A stretch of DNA of 64,000 nt from Enoplolaimus lenunculus (taxonomy: Eukaryota): contig JASANG010000424.1 in NCBI GenBank assembly GCA_030248215.1, forward strand, positions 1-64,000. The letters run 5' to 3'. Made by a program: the position numbers and the translations under genes. How positions within the stretch are numbered: position 1 is the first letter of the stretch; the number at the start of each line of letters is the position of its first letter. Under the pieces are notes generated by a model, which saw only the letters and a program-made list of their open reading frames with translations, had not been told where the DNA came from and did not search any database. This document shows positions 13,561 through 25,800 of this stretch, in pieces.

Positions 13561-14914
13561 TACGCTGTTGTAAAAAATTGTCCACCCTCTTGTTTGCAAG
13601 GGGGGCACAAAACAATACTGTTTTCGGAATATTTGGACTTTGCAGAGGGCAAACATAGTTAGTCTGTTATGGCGGTAGTTCCTACGGAGGGAGTAGGGAC
13701 AATGTGGACCCGGTTCGGACGCAGTGTCTGACAATAATTCCTTCGAACAGTCTCATTATAATCGGTTAACAAATTCCCTTCGGACAGGCTTTGGGTAATG
13801 TAATAAAGCGAATGTCCTTCTGACAGACTCAGGACAAAATAGCTGTTCTTTCTATAACGTATTGACAATGTGGCATCTGTATGTAGTGTGACAAAGTATA
13901 CGCCGTTCTCAGAGGGACTCTCTGTTGTCGACCTAGGACCCCTACCAGGTGAAACTCTTAGCTGTGCGCCTGTCTGCGAATTTTTAAAATTTTAGTGATG
14001 TGTTGAACTTTTAGGTTTCTAAACTTTATGAAATGGTCTCGCTCTGTCGACAGTGGTCTTAATTGCTTCGTCCCAAAGATCAGGAGCGGAACGTTTTGCT
14101 GTGAGACTAGAAGGTTAAAAGCTTTTAGACTATTTTTTGCTTTGCTTAGGCTTAATAGGCGTAGGCTTAGGAATATGCTTATAATACTGCTCCGCCCCAG
14201 TTCTTTACTTGGCCATTGGTTCAATCAAGTTTGATTCGCATTTCGTCATAACTATATGAATGTTATTTTCATAACTTGGATGCGACTATTTGACAGCAGT
14301 TATGCGCGTTTGCCGGCTTAAATATAACACAAGTTTTGAATTCAAAACTATGCAGGTTTTTATAAAGCCAAAAACACCTCCAGAACTGGCGAGAAACTAT
14401 TTTTTGGAAGTGCCCGCGCTTTCGTCAGTTTTTTAATTTTATCGAGTTCATTCTCTTGAAGAGGTATTTTACACGTCAGTGTATTTACGTAGCTAGTTCC
14501 AGTTGTAAATTGTAGAATAAAAGTAAAATTTAAGATCTTGTTATATCTTGCCCTGTACACAATAAGGGGTCTTGGAACAGCATAGGGGAAGCAAGAAAAT
14601 CAGAAAAGGATTTTTGCGAATTTTGTGTATTGTAATTTCTCAATATTTTAGTAAAGTTTTTCTCGATTTTGTACCCTGTATCTTTTAATTAAAAAAAGAC
14701 GAATTGAAGTATAACTAGTCTAGCATTCAACAGGCTTAGAGTGGGTGAGGCTCCAACAAAGTTGCTAAATCAGGGAATGTGGGGTGCGCCCGACACAGAT
14801 TTCAGTGAGCGGGACAATACCCCTGCATAATACAACCTTAAAACCATTTTATAAATGAGCTTCCTCCAGTTGTTCGGCAGAAAAAGTTTATAACCTATAT
14901 TTCGTATCAAAGGA

Positions 14915-17900
14915 ATGTCTGGAAGCAAGGACGGCGAGAAACAAGCTGCCATGAGGTAAATTTCAGAAACAATTCATGTGTAAGCGTTAGCGCATGAGAA
15001 TAAAATGATATAGTGTTTCTGGTCACAAGTATTGATACATTTTTGTTTGATATATGAAATTCTGTTAGTGTGTAAATTTATAGTTATTTTAATTCCAGAC
15101 TGCCTTCTTTGTTGGGCCGGCGTGAACTGCTATCACCAACAAGATCGGCAAAATCTGGAACCCTTAATGCACTAAGTTCATCTGCATCGAGTCACTCAAC
15201 TTTATGCGCGCCATCAACATCACGTGCGAGGTCATTTGTGCCAAATTTAGCTGTCGCAGGGAAAAGATCCTCAAACAGTTCTACACCAGTTCTGAAACAA
15301 ACTGGATCGAGAAGTGGTGGGTAAGTTAGGTGTACCGGGATCTGTAGGCCAAGTGTCGTATTGTTGGATTAAAACTTTAGTTTTTTATGTATATATACAA
15401 TATTTGCCTTGTGGACGAATTGAAATATATAGAGCTCGGGATAGGTTCCATTAGTAATAACCATGTTAGAGAAAATATATACCTGTACCTAAGTGTTAAT
15501 AACTCAAGTAATATTTTATTTTGATACTTGTTTATCAGTACGTACTGAATTTATGTCGTTGTTTTCTATACTTACCAACAGGAGCGAAAAGAAAGCGCCT
15601 GTGAAAGAAGGTGGTGAGTCGAAACAACCAAAATTTCAAAAGCCGGAAGCTATACAGACAAAGAGTATTTTCTCGGAAGGAGTAGCTAAAGAAGCTGTGA
15701 AGAAAGGTACTTGTTTTTGTACGTATATTGTTGCGAACAACAGCTATTTAATGTTTTTGGAACTGGTTGATATTTATACGTAGATAAGTTATTTTTTACT
15801 GGATAAAGTTGTGCTGTGAATTTGATACTGTAGTTTTGCTAAAATGTAATGATACTGTTCTGTTGCATTTGATAAACTGAAATTCTTGGGTCATGGATTA
15901 AAGTTTTAGATGGAATTTAGATTTTTCAGAATCCATTGGTGGTCGTGAAAGTGTGATTGGGGGTGTTGCGGCAGGATGCGGTTCAGGAGGTACTGCTGTG
16001 TTGCCAAGAGGTTCCAGAGCATCTAAGAAGGCCATTTTGGAAAGCTTAGTGGCGTCTAGAACAGGCGTGGTTGATGATGATACAGATGACACAAAGGTTG
16101 GAGTACGGGTGAAAGCCGAAAATATTTATAGCGAAGGTGGTATAGAGACAGATGACCAAGCTTTGAAGCGACTTTTTGCTAAGTCGGTGAGTTTTTTTAA
16201 CAGTTACACAAAGCACATAAAGCTGTGGAAAGAAATAAAGAATTTACTGAGAAGTAGTTTAAAGCTCCGGTATGAACAAATCTAGTTATCCTATCTCACT
16301 GCAGTATTAAATTTGCAGGAACTTTTAAGAAACTGCGGAAGGCATAAAAATTATAGAGAAAAGTTTGAGAAACACGCGATCAACCTTTTTGATTCACATG
16401 TAAATGAACCCAAAATATATATGCACATAGATTTAGCAAGATACATTTTACAGAGAGGCTTGTAGACATAATCTGGTTTTTAATTGTTCGAACCGCAAAA
16501 AAGGACAAGCTTACTTTTCAATTGCTATTACCTTCATATCATCCTGATTTTTCATTTTTTTGCTTTTTATGTTTATGTTTGTCTCTATTACGTTTAGTTA
16601 TCATTTGATTTGTTTAAAGGTGTCTTTGGGTACGTATTGATTGATTTTGTTTTAGTTTATCAGCGATATCAGTACCGCAGATGAGAACTATGTCGATCTG
16701 CCTGTCTGTAAATCTGAAGTAACATCAGGTAACTCAAATGTCAATTATTGCATTATCTATATCAAAATAACTCTATTAGCAGCCTAAGAGACTAAGAGTA
16801 GTATGCAAAAAACAATTTTTCTTTACAAATTGTTACGCAGAGCCATGCGGTAACTCGCATGCGTTGCCGTACGGTGTTCATACAGAACCGGACATCGTCG
16901 AACAGTATTGGAAATCCACCATAAACCGTTAACGTTTAAATTGTCAAACTAGCCGATGATTTTTGGATTGTTTTCTAGCAGAACACGGTATTCATTGATG
17001 CATAAAGTTTGTTACAGTGTTGTTTAGGCTGCAAAATATGTGTAATGGAACCATAATTCGCGGTTTGTAACCTAGATTCCATCCATTGTTATTAAATTTC
17101 GCGATGAACTTTCTGTTTTCTCGCAGCAACTGGTGTGCACAGCGCCACAATTTATATATGCCTGTCATGTGCAGTTTGAAACAAACAATAACAGTGCCTA
17201 ATTTACGTAAATTTGTTTTGTACAATTTGAAAAAATGTATTGATATTGTATTTTTGACCTGGACATGTCATTATTCAAGATTTAAATAGTAATTTGTAGC
17301 ATGTTTTTATATATTGTAGCAGGCGAATCTGTGACAGATAGAAACGACGTTAAAGTCAAGCCTATAAAATCGCGTATGTTATTATATTTTTAACCATGTG
17401 GGACCATTATAGTTGAATTGTTTGTTTTATTTTTGTTGTTGTATTGTACATTAATATCTCAACGTACATACCAGTGAAAATCATAATTTTGTGTTTTAGT
17501 TGCTGTTTTGTTATCTGTTCTCTTTCACGCAATCCAAATATGATAATGGTGAAACGAAAAAACTATCTATCGCGCCATATTCAGCGGAATTATTTGCAGT
17601 TCGTTTGCATCTATGCAGAACAGTTTTATAGTTTTTTACTGAAATAAGTAAAAATCTTACTATTTTTTAAGCTAAGTGTGTATTTGTATTTTAGTGGACG
17701 AAGGTCAACTGGTGTTGATTCAGCTGCCGACAATTTTGACACAGTTGTATGGTTCGTGTAAGCCGACAGCCAAAGTGAAAACAGAATTTGATGTAAGTAA
17801 TACGACTGGGCGAATGTACCAATACGGAATTGGTTTTCAGAATTTTTATTCATGTCAAAAAGGCTTAGTTCTGGAGGTCATTATTTTGTTTTTCTCTCGG

Positions 17901-18695
17901 TTACTGTGATTTCGGTAAGAAGCCTTAGATCGTAAGCTGGTAGATTCGGTACCATGGGGTCATGGTTTTAGGGAGAAATGGGGTTTTCACTCACTTATTT
18001 TAAATAACCAGCTGAAAGCCCATCACGATCTACTATAAATCTGTTCATTTTAATGAGATAAATTGGAAAACGAGATGATACTAGGCTGTTTTTTGTTTTT
18101 AAGCAACATTTATGAATTTTTTGTAAAGAAGTACAAATTTTGTTTTGAATTTAAGCCTGATGCAGCTTTAAATTCAGTGAATGGTCCAGCGTCTGATGCT
18201 AACGAAACCAAGGAATCAAAACCAAAGGTTGATCATAGCGGAGATCATACTTTGGCCGGGCTGCCGGAAGGACCAATTGGAAAGTTGCAATTCATGCGTT
18301 CAGGGCGTGTTCGAATGGTGATTGGTCAATTAGAGTTTGAGGTAGAGCCTGGATCTCAGACTGGAGTTGTACAGGTATGTATGGGTTGGTAAAGGCCAAT
18401 TCAACCGTGCAATGAAACTGCATCTTGCATGTACATGTTTTAATTCAATATATACCCGTTCACAAAAAATGCAGCTAAAAATTCTCGTTACACAAAGTAG
18501 CACTTGTTAATATGGCTTAAACCTTTGTCTGGCAAACTAAATCAAGTACTATTAAAATTATTTTTTTAGTAATTTCAATTTTTTTGGTTGTTTCAGCAGC
18601 TTGTATCTATAGATAACGATCGCTTGTGCGTTTTGGGTGAAGTGAACGAAAAGCTAATCATTACACCTGATATTGATTCTCTGTTGATCAGCTGA
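14915..18695 (+). CDS. POLR3D: DNA-directed RNA polymerase III subunit RPC4 (C53), 9 exons
   Basis: Exons 14915-14955, 15099-15320, 15582-15706, 15930-16186, 16656-16728, 17320-17373, 17695-17792, 18156-18374 and 18597-18695, phase-consistent. Motifs RLPSL..R, SFVPNL, IQTKSIFSEG, LVLIQLP, GPIGKLQFMRSGRVRMVIG and LCVLGEVNEKLIITPDIDSLL match the RPC4 family as I recall it. The exon 8 acceptor (aag) is weak. Confidence 0.9.
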
Positions 18696-21248
18696 AGATA
18701 AATTCACAATGGTGCTGCGGAATGCTTTTTGAAAAATAAGACGACGGAACTGTGATAATGAAATAATTCGGCTTTAGTTTTGATTTTGTCCGATTTGTAA
18801 TGGTGCCTTTGTTCTCTGGGTGCCAAAGAAACGCCCATAGCGAGGGAATTTATTACAGGTTTGGGGCACGAAACCACTAATCTTTTTGAAATTATGGTTG
18901 AATAAGTGGGCTCCACTTGGTTTCATAGATCCTGCAATGCGCTCATGATCCTATTCTGAGAGCTTGATGCCCAAGTCCGGCTGCGATGTCTCGTCTTGTA
19001 GAGATTGTGTTGTGTTTTATCTTTGAACTTCCATAATTTGCTATCAAACTCTCATCTGTCACCCTACTGGGTATCTAAATATAGAAGTAGCTAAACTAAA
19101 ACGTTTAAATACAAATTAGGTTAAATTAGAAAGACATGCAGTTGAAAATATTTATTCAAACCAGCTGTACTATTTGTTTATCTGTGATTCTATATATTTA
19201 ACAAAATTCTGGTTGCGATACCAATTTCCTAATTTGTTACGGATATGGAGTCGGCATCGACATATTTGCAACAGTAGAGTCAAAATCATTGATAACTTGC
19301 TCATACCTTATAGCTCTTAAAAGTTTTCTACAATTACGACATGAAAAATGATCTGCCGAAGGTAAATGGTAAACTCGTTACAAGCTCCGGTGTCAGTTTC
19401 AGTGGTTTAACATTATCTGTGTGTATGGAATAGGGTAAACTTAAGCTTTAGACTAATTTGTTGCACACGCTTAGGTTCGCTTAGGTATAATCTCACTCGT
19501 GCACTATCTTGGGAGTATGCTTACACTACTGTTCCACCCCTGTTCTATACATTGGTCCGACGTTGTTGCAAAACAGCGTGTTAAATTTGGATTTCAGAGA
19601 TGGGTGTTATAGTTCCTTGTTGAAATAAAATTTTTCAGTTGGTAAGTTTTTCTGATTTTATGAAAGATTCGATGCATTTTTCTTAATTTTGGATAACGTT
19701 GTATTGACAGAAACAGTTTTGGGGTGATTGGAAGTGAGTTCACTCTGTTAGCTCTGTCATGGTGAATAAGCTGTGATACAAATTGTTGACAGCGATAGGT
19801 TTCACAGTGACTGTTTTCATTAGCGTTGTAGCAATTGTTTTCTATGGAGTAAACGTTCTGAATGTGTAATTTACTGAGCGAAGTAGGTGTCTTCCCGTTC
19901 AAACTGTACTCTAGGTACACGGGAACGATTTCTAGCTGTGTCGTACAGGAGATTGACAGCTAATCATAAACTGAATAACCATCAAATCCGAGAAAGGAGT
20001 TTCGTCTTTGACACTTAAATATGCAACTAAAAGTTTATACATCAAAGCGTGGATAGGGCCTATACGTTTTGTCCCTATTAAACTGTTGAGAAACATTTTG
20101 TCTATTTTAAAACCCCGGTATCATACAAAAATACTTGGTTACAAGCTGCATACTACAGTGACCTGAATTGGAGGGGGAATAGTTTCGAGTTCAACTAAAT
20201 TTGGTAATGGAGTTATTTATGCAATACAATTTAGGAATAATTGAAATTTATGGACTTTAATTCAGGTTTGGGGACTATATCCGCTTTACGGAATCTAATT
20301 AGGAATACAGACTCCTATTGATTGGGGTTAAGGGGACCCCTTCGATTAACCCCTCTTATTCGGGTCACTATAGTATATTCAAAAATTCCTTTTGTTTGCT
20401 GTAATTTTCACCTTGTGTACTTTAAGATATATTTGACATTTTCTGCGAATCAGTCTGCAGACTTTAAGCAAATTGTCCGATTGAATGAGAGTTGGTAAAT
20501 TTGAATCTAACACTACACCGTCCGCTGTAATTTTGGTACATCAGATAATCTATAAATGTCTCACGGTATCAGATGACATGTGCGGGCTCTTGTACCCATT
20601 GAACATTTGTAATTTATAGCGGTTTGAGCGTAAAAATAACAGAATTTCCGGCATTTCTATAACAGAACTGAACACCAAGTATTAGCGGAAACGGAAACGA
20701 ATATCCACTTACGATCCAATATTCTGAATTGAAGCATTCATATAGTTACCGAAATTTCTGCCACATCACCATTTTTTTAAGATTTCGCATGAATTTCATC
20801 GTGTTTGTTTCAAATCTAATACTTACAGCACATATGTACGAAAAATTGGTCCATGTATAGAACAGGGTCGAGACGTTTTCCTGCGTGGCTGTAGAGTCAG
20901 CTCAAGCTTTACACTAATCTTTTTTCTTTGGCATAGGAATAGGCTCATCCTTACGCTTACGCTTAGGCTTACGCTTAGAGATATGTTTATACTACTGTTC
21001 CTGTCCTGTTGTATACATGGGCTAAAATGAATGACTAACGCATGATTTACAACTTATACATAATCACAAAAATAATGTAATCTATGCGATATTTTCTATT
21101 TTTAGAAAAAGTTAACATATACCAATCTTTTACCAGAAACGAAAGCGAAAACGGATGTTTAACCAGTATATTTCAGGTACAAAAATTTAGAGCCTGGGCA
21201 CAGTGAAACATTTGACATTTCTTTCAAGGATGATATCAATACGCATCT

Positions 21249-21632
21249 TGGTGCAACCGGATGTGAAAAATACCGGAGCCAGAGCTGGAGCCGGAGGTCA
21301 ATGAAACTTGCCGGAGCCGGAGATGAGGCGACATTAGGTAGTGAAAATGATGGCTAATTAGTTAATTTTAGTCAATATCTGCAATATGTTGTTAAGATGT
21401 TTGCTTTTACGTATTTTCTGCGAAATTTCCGAAATTCTTTCTTGAAAATTGTGACAAAAGTAAAAAACGCGCTGCAAACAAATAAATTTTGCAAAATTAT
21501 TCAAAATTTTCTGCCAAAATTGGCGGATCCTCCGTCAAAACATATACCAGAGCCGGAACCGTATGCCGATTTTTCGCCGGAACCGGAGGCCGATTTTCTG
21601 CCGGAACCGGAGGCAGACCTCCGGTTGTACTC
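21249..21632. mobile_element. Dispersed element with subterminal (CCGGAG/CCGGAA)n motifs
   Basis: Ends ggtgcaaccgga and tccggttgtactc. An inverted copy lies at ~43875-44185, with fragments at ~4440-4515 and ~9375-9530. Confidence 0.75.
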
Positions 21633-22147
21633 TGATACGCATCGCTGCTGGATTGGCTTCAGCGGCCATACTTCAGATCTTTAGATATACACACTACTGT
21701 TTTTAGGCACCAATTTTATTAAAAATTTGTTTACCATTTAAAATTTTTCAGCTTAATAATTAAAATTTTCAAATAAAGGAACGTTAAGTTCAAATTTTAA
21801 CTTCATGCTTGGTACACTTGTGTGTCATTTTATTAAAATATACGTATTATTTTATGGTTTATTTCACTTGTTTTATTTTAATTATTTTTGTTGTGTATGA
21901 ATCGATCAGTATCCGATAGTGGTTCATGCCAATGGGAACGACACTGTGAAGACCAAAATTCTCGCCTGGATTTTATGCCTGACATTGCAGACGATGTCGA
22001 CGATAGTGAAACTCAGTCAGAAGACGACGGCGAATTTGGTTTGTACCAGGGTGTAGTAAACGGGATATTCGTTTGCGGTAGAAATTGAAACCCCAAAAAT
22101 AGATTAATAGTAGTGTGAACGAAAAATTTTCAGTTTATTATCTATAA

Positions 22148-22774
22148 CCCCTTCTCACATTGAGTTGCCTATGCAACTCAGCGCAGTGTATATACGTTAA
22201 ATAATATATAGGACACCCCGGCCGTGCCCCCCCAACAGCATCTCGACAAAAACTATGTAGTGTCAATTGCTGTTCTACGCTGTTTATTTCTCTGTTTTAT
22301 TCACAATAGTATAAGCACGCTTTAAACTTTTGAACTCACATGATTTGGCCCTGGAGTCATTTATGCGTTGCAATTAGGGATAATAGACATTTATGGACTC
22401 TAACAAGGGTTTAAGGACTCTACCCGCTTACGGACTCTTATTACGGATACGGACTCATATTAATTGGGACTCAAAATAGAGACCCCCTATTATTTGGGTC
22501 ACTACAGTATGGGTCCAAAATAAGTTTATTACCTGTGAAATTTTGCCCCCCCATTTTGAGATCCTGGATCCGCCACTGAGCATAGTGTATACAATTGCAA
22601 CACGTATACATAGTACTAAATCACCGCAAGACATGAGAGCCCCCTCGGGCTCGAGCGTCAAGCTCATATAGCTGAGTGGTGATAATATACGCCTCCCACT
22701 CCAGTCACTGGAGTTCGAATCCTAGCATAAAAATAGGTCTCAGGGGAAATAGAAAATATTCATGTGATAAAGGG
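22148..22774. mobile_element. Nested stack: family C element interrupted by a hAT-like MITE, itself interrupted by a family F MITE
   Basis: Family C halves at 22148-22210 and ~22590-22774. Segments at ~22211-22255 and ~22508-22578 match the reverse complement of 59289-59461. The family F end ttatttgggtcactacagta lies at ~22490-22509. Confidence 0.8.
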
Positions 22775-22833
22775 TTAAAAGTATGAAACTGGTATTTCAT
22801 TGGATATACGGTATTTTCCCGCTTGCAGTGTAA

Positions 22834-25800
22834 ATGAGACAAAAGAGCTTATGTGTTCCAAATTGTGTGTCGCTTATCAGTAAGTAACTGCAATTTTGCA
22901 AACAGTCAAATCGAAAATTTAGTGTTTACTCAAAAAATACCCTGCAAAAAATGGTGAGTCGAATTGACTCTCTCTCCAAAATAGGCTCTCTATATGGGAA
23001 AACACAAACTGAGTCAAATTCGACTGCGCCAAAGTCAAACGCACGGCACAGTGAATCGAATTTGACTCAGACGAAGTCGGATTTTGACTCAATTTGTGTG
23101 CTCCCGAAAAGTCTATTTCGGAGATAGTCAATTTGACTCACCACTTTTTGCAGTGTACTGGTGTTATTAGATGATATACAGTGGCGGCGGAAGCGTTTTT
23201 TAGAAGTGTTTGTGTGGAACGATAAACTTGTCCCTGCAGTAAAACTACGTATATTGGCAATGTATATTGACAAACACCGAATCCAATACGGTATGTTTAT
23301 TCACAAGAACTTTTGACAAAAATTATATAACTTTAGTTTAGTGTTCGCTTTGCTCGCGGTATTTTCTTTACAATTAAACTTTCGATCTGACTTCAGTACG
23401 ACCTCATCGCTTTATACTAGAATTGAACTAATACTGTAACATACTGATAAGTACACTGCAAAAAATGGTGAGTCAAATTGATTCTCTCCGAAATAGGCTT
23501 TTCCTGCCTACACAAACTGAGTCAAAATTCGACTCCGCCTGCGTCCAAAAAAGTCGAGTGAAAAAATGTCATTTTTTCAAAAGGTGGGGGAAGACCATAT
23601 TGCAACTTAAGGTCTTCGGTTCCGCCTCCACAACCTGTTATAAAGTTAAGTATTCGAAGCTTATTTCTCAAATAATATTTTAGGACCACCAATGACAGTA
23701 CCCGATCTTTTCGAAATAGTTTTATTCAGCCGTTCATTGGGTCGTTATTGGCAGCCGAAAATTTCGTTTTGCGTTGGCCTTATTCAATTGGTTAGTTGTG
23801 TTTTTGTACTTGTATATTTCTTCTGATCTGGAATGTTTTTATAACCGTTAATTATTAGACTCCCAAATTGCGTACTGTTAATGTAATGCCCGAATAAGAG
23901 GACGAGACTGTTATTAATTTCACCTCTCTAGGGGACACTCCCCTCACTAATGGGTTATCTTCGAATCCAGCTGCACGTACTTCGACCACACCCCTTTAAC
24001 TTATGCCAGCCATTGTTTGCAGTTTCAGTTCTTTACTTTATACTATTAAGACTTACTAATTACTAAGTTTGGACCCTTCCCGTTTACGAACTCTGATTAA
24101 AGAAGTAGACTTCTATTGATTCAGACCCTAAATGTGGTCCCCGGGCTCTTATTACAGCCCCTCCTGATTCGGGTTAGTACAGTTATATTTTAATTTCAAG
24201 TTCTTTTTTAATTTTTCGCGACATCTCCTCAAGCGAGGTCTTGTCTCATGGGTCAGAGGTTCGAACAAGGCTTAGGACCTATAAGATTTCTAGAAAGCCC
24301 GTTTTTCAACTCTGGTTTAGGCATTTTGGTTTTTATTTGTTTTTTTTTTCGGGCAGTTTTCAAACATTTAGCGTATTAATGCTATAATGCTTAAACATAA
24401 GGCATTTTCAAATTTTAATTAATTTTTTTTAAATTTTGGTTTCCAATTTTAAAATTGCTTAACGTAGTATTTCTAAATTTCGTTCACCTCTTCGACTTCA
24501 ACGGTAAGGGTTACGCTATACTTTTGTTGACGTACGGCGCCGTCCGTCACCCGTACGGCATCGTTTGTCACCGTGCGGTATCGTTCCCAAATAACTCACG
24601 TACGATAACGTATGGTGACGGACGGTGACGGACGGCGCCGGACGTCGAGTATAGCGCAACCCTATAAGGAGTATTAATGGAGATAATGCACTGGTAAAAA
24701 GTGATCAGTGGCCAGCAATGCAATCACGATATGTAACAGTAAGAGGGTCAAAACGTTTCTGCAAGGACAAAGAAAGTTTTTCTTACAATTTCATTAATGT
24801 TGTCTAAAATAGGGCATTATGAAGTCCCTTGGGGTCGCCTTTTGCCGTCCTTTGTTGTGGCCAAGTCGCTGGTATTAAACCCGATTCATGAGGGGCAATA
24901 GTACACCGTTTCCCCATACACTGCAAAAAATGATGAGTCAAATTGACTCTCTCCGAAATAGCCTTTTCCGGACTACGCAAAATGAGTCAAAATTCGACTC
25001 TGTCAGAGTCAAATTCGACTCAATGAATCGCTCAGTGAGTCGAATTTGACTCTGGCGGAGTCGAATTTGACTCAGTTTGTGTTATCCGGAAAAGCCTATT
25101 TCGGAGAGAGTCAATTTGACTCACCATTTTTTGCAGTGACCATTGTAGGGTCTGTTAACAAATTTATTGAGAGTATCGCAAAACATGATAGAACAACTTA
25201 CAGGTTTTGCGCAAATACGTAGTTTAATACAGCCCATGTAAAGATCAGAGGTGAAACGTTTTTTGTGTAACTATAAAACAGTGTACTTAAGCTTTAGACT
25301 ATTTTTGCATGGCTTTGGTTTAGGCTTACGCTTTAGAATATGCTCATTTTTACGCTTTGGTTTAGGCTTAGGCTTAGGAATATGTTTAAAATACTGTTCC
25401 GCCCCTGTTCTTTACATTGGCCTTTAATACTATGGTAAATTTTTAGTACTAAATGGATTTTGCAAAAAATGTCACTTGCTTTCAGCGATATATTTAATAT
25501 TTCTTATTACACTTTCAACAATATAATTCCAAAATTGCATTTTAGGTTACGGTATGTTCATTTATTGGCACAGTATCCATTGGACTATTATTCAAACCAA
25601 TTGTAGTAATTGCAATTGCAGTTAACTTTGCAATTCCACTAACGGAATTGCGTGATACGCTGTGTTGCTTTGATCTTAACCTGGAACTTCAGTTTTATAT
25701 GGCACATCTGCCACTGTCTATTATGTAAGATATTTATCATTGGCATTGAGTATTTGAATTTATCTAAAAACTTAGGTACACTTTTTCCTCACATTTAAGG

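Noticed and set aside
18940..18970. C/D-box-like words (ATGATC..CTGA) in the RPC4 3' region
   Set aside because: The spacing is too short and there is no terminal stem, so it is likely chance.
19594..19920. 108-aa minus-strand ORF downstream of RPC4
   Set aside because: It has no ATG start, no motif and no clear splice context.
21397..21684. ORF with PEPEAD repeats (and GSGSG ORF at 43849-44199)
   Set aside because: They are translations of the CCGGA(A/G) motifs of a dispersed repeat present in both orientations.
23465..23683. Recurrent MVSQIDSLRNR-type ORFs (also near 40547, 54942 and 23067)
   Set aside because: These are translations of MITE family A, not a protein family.
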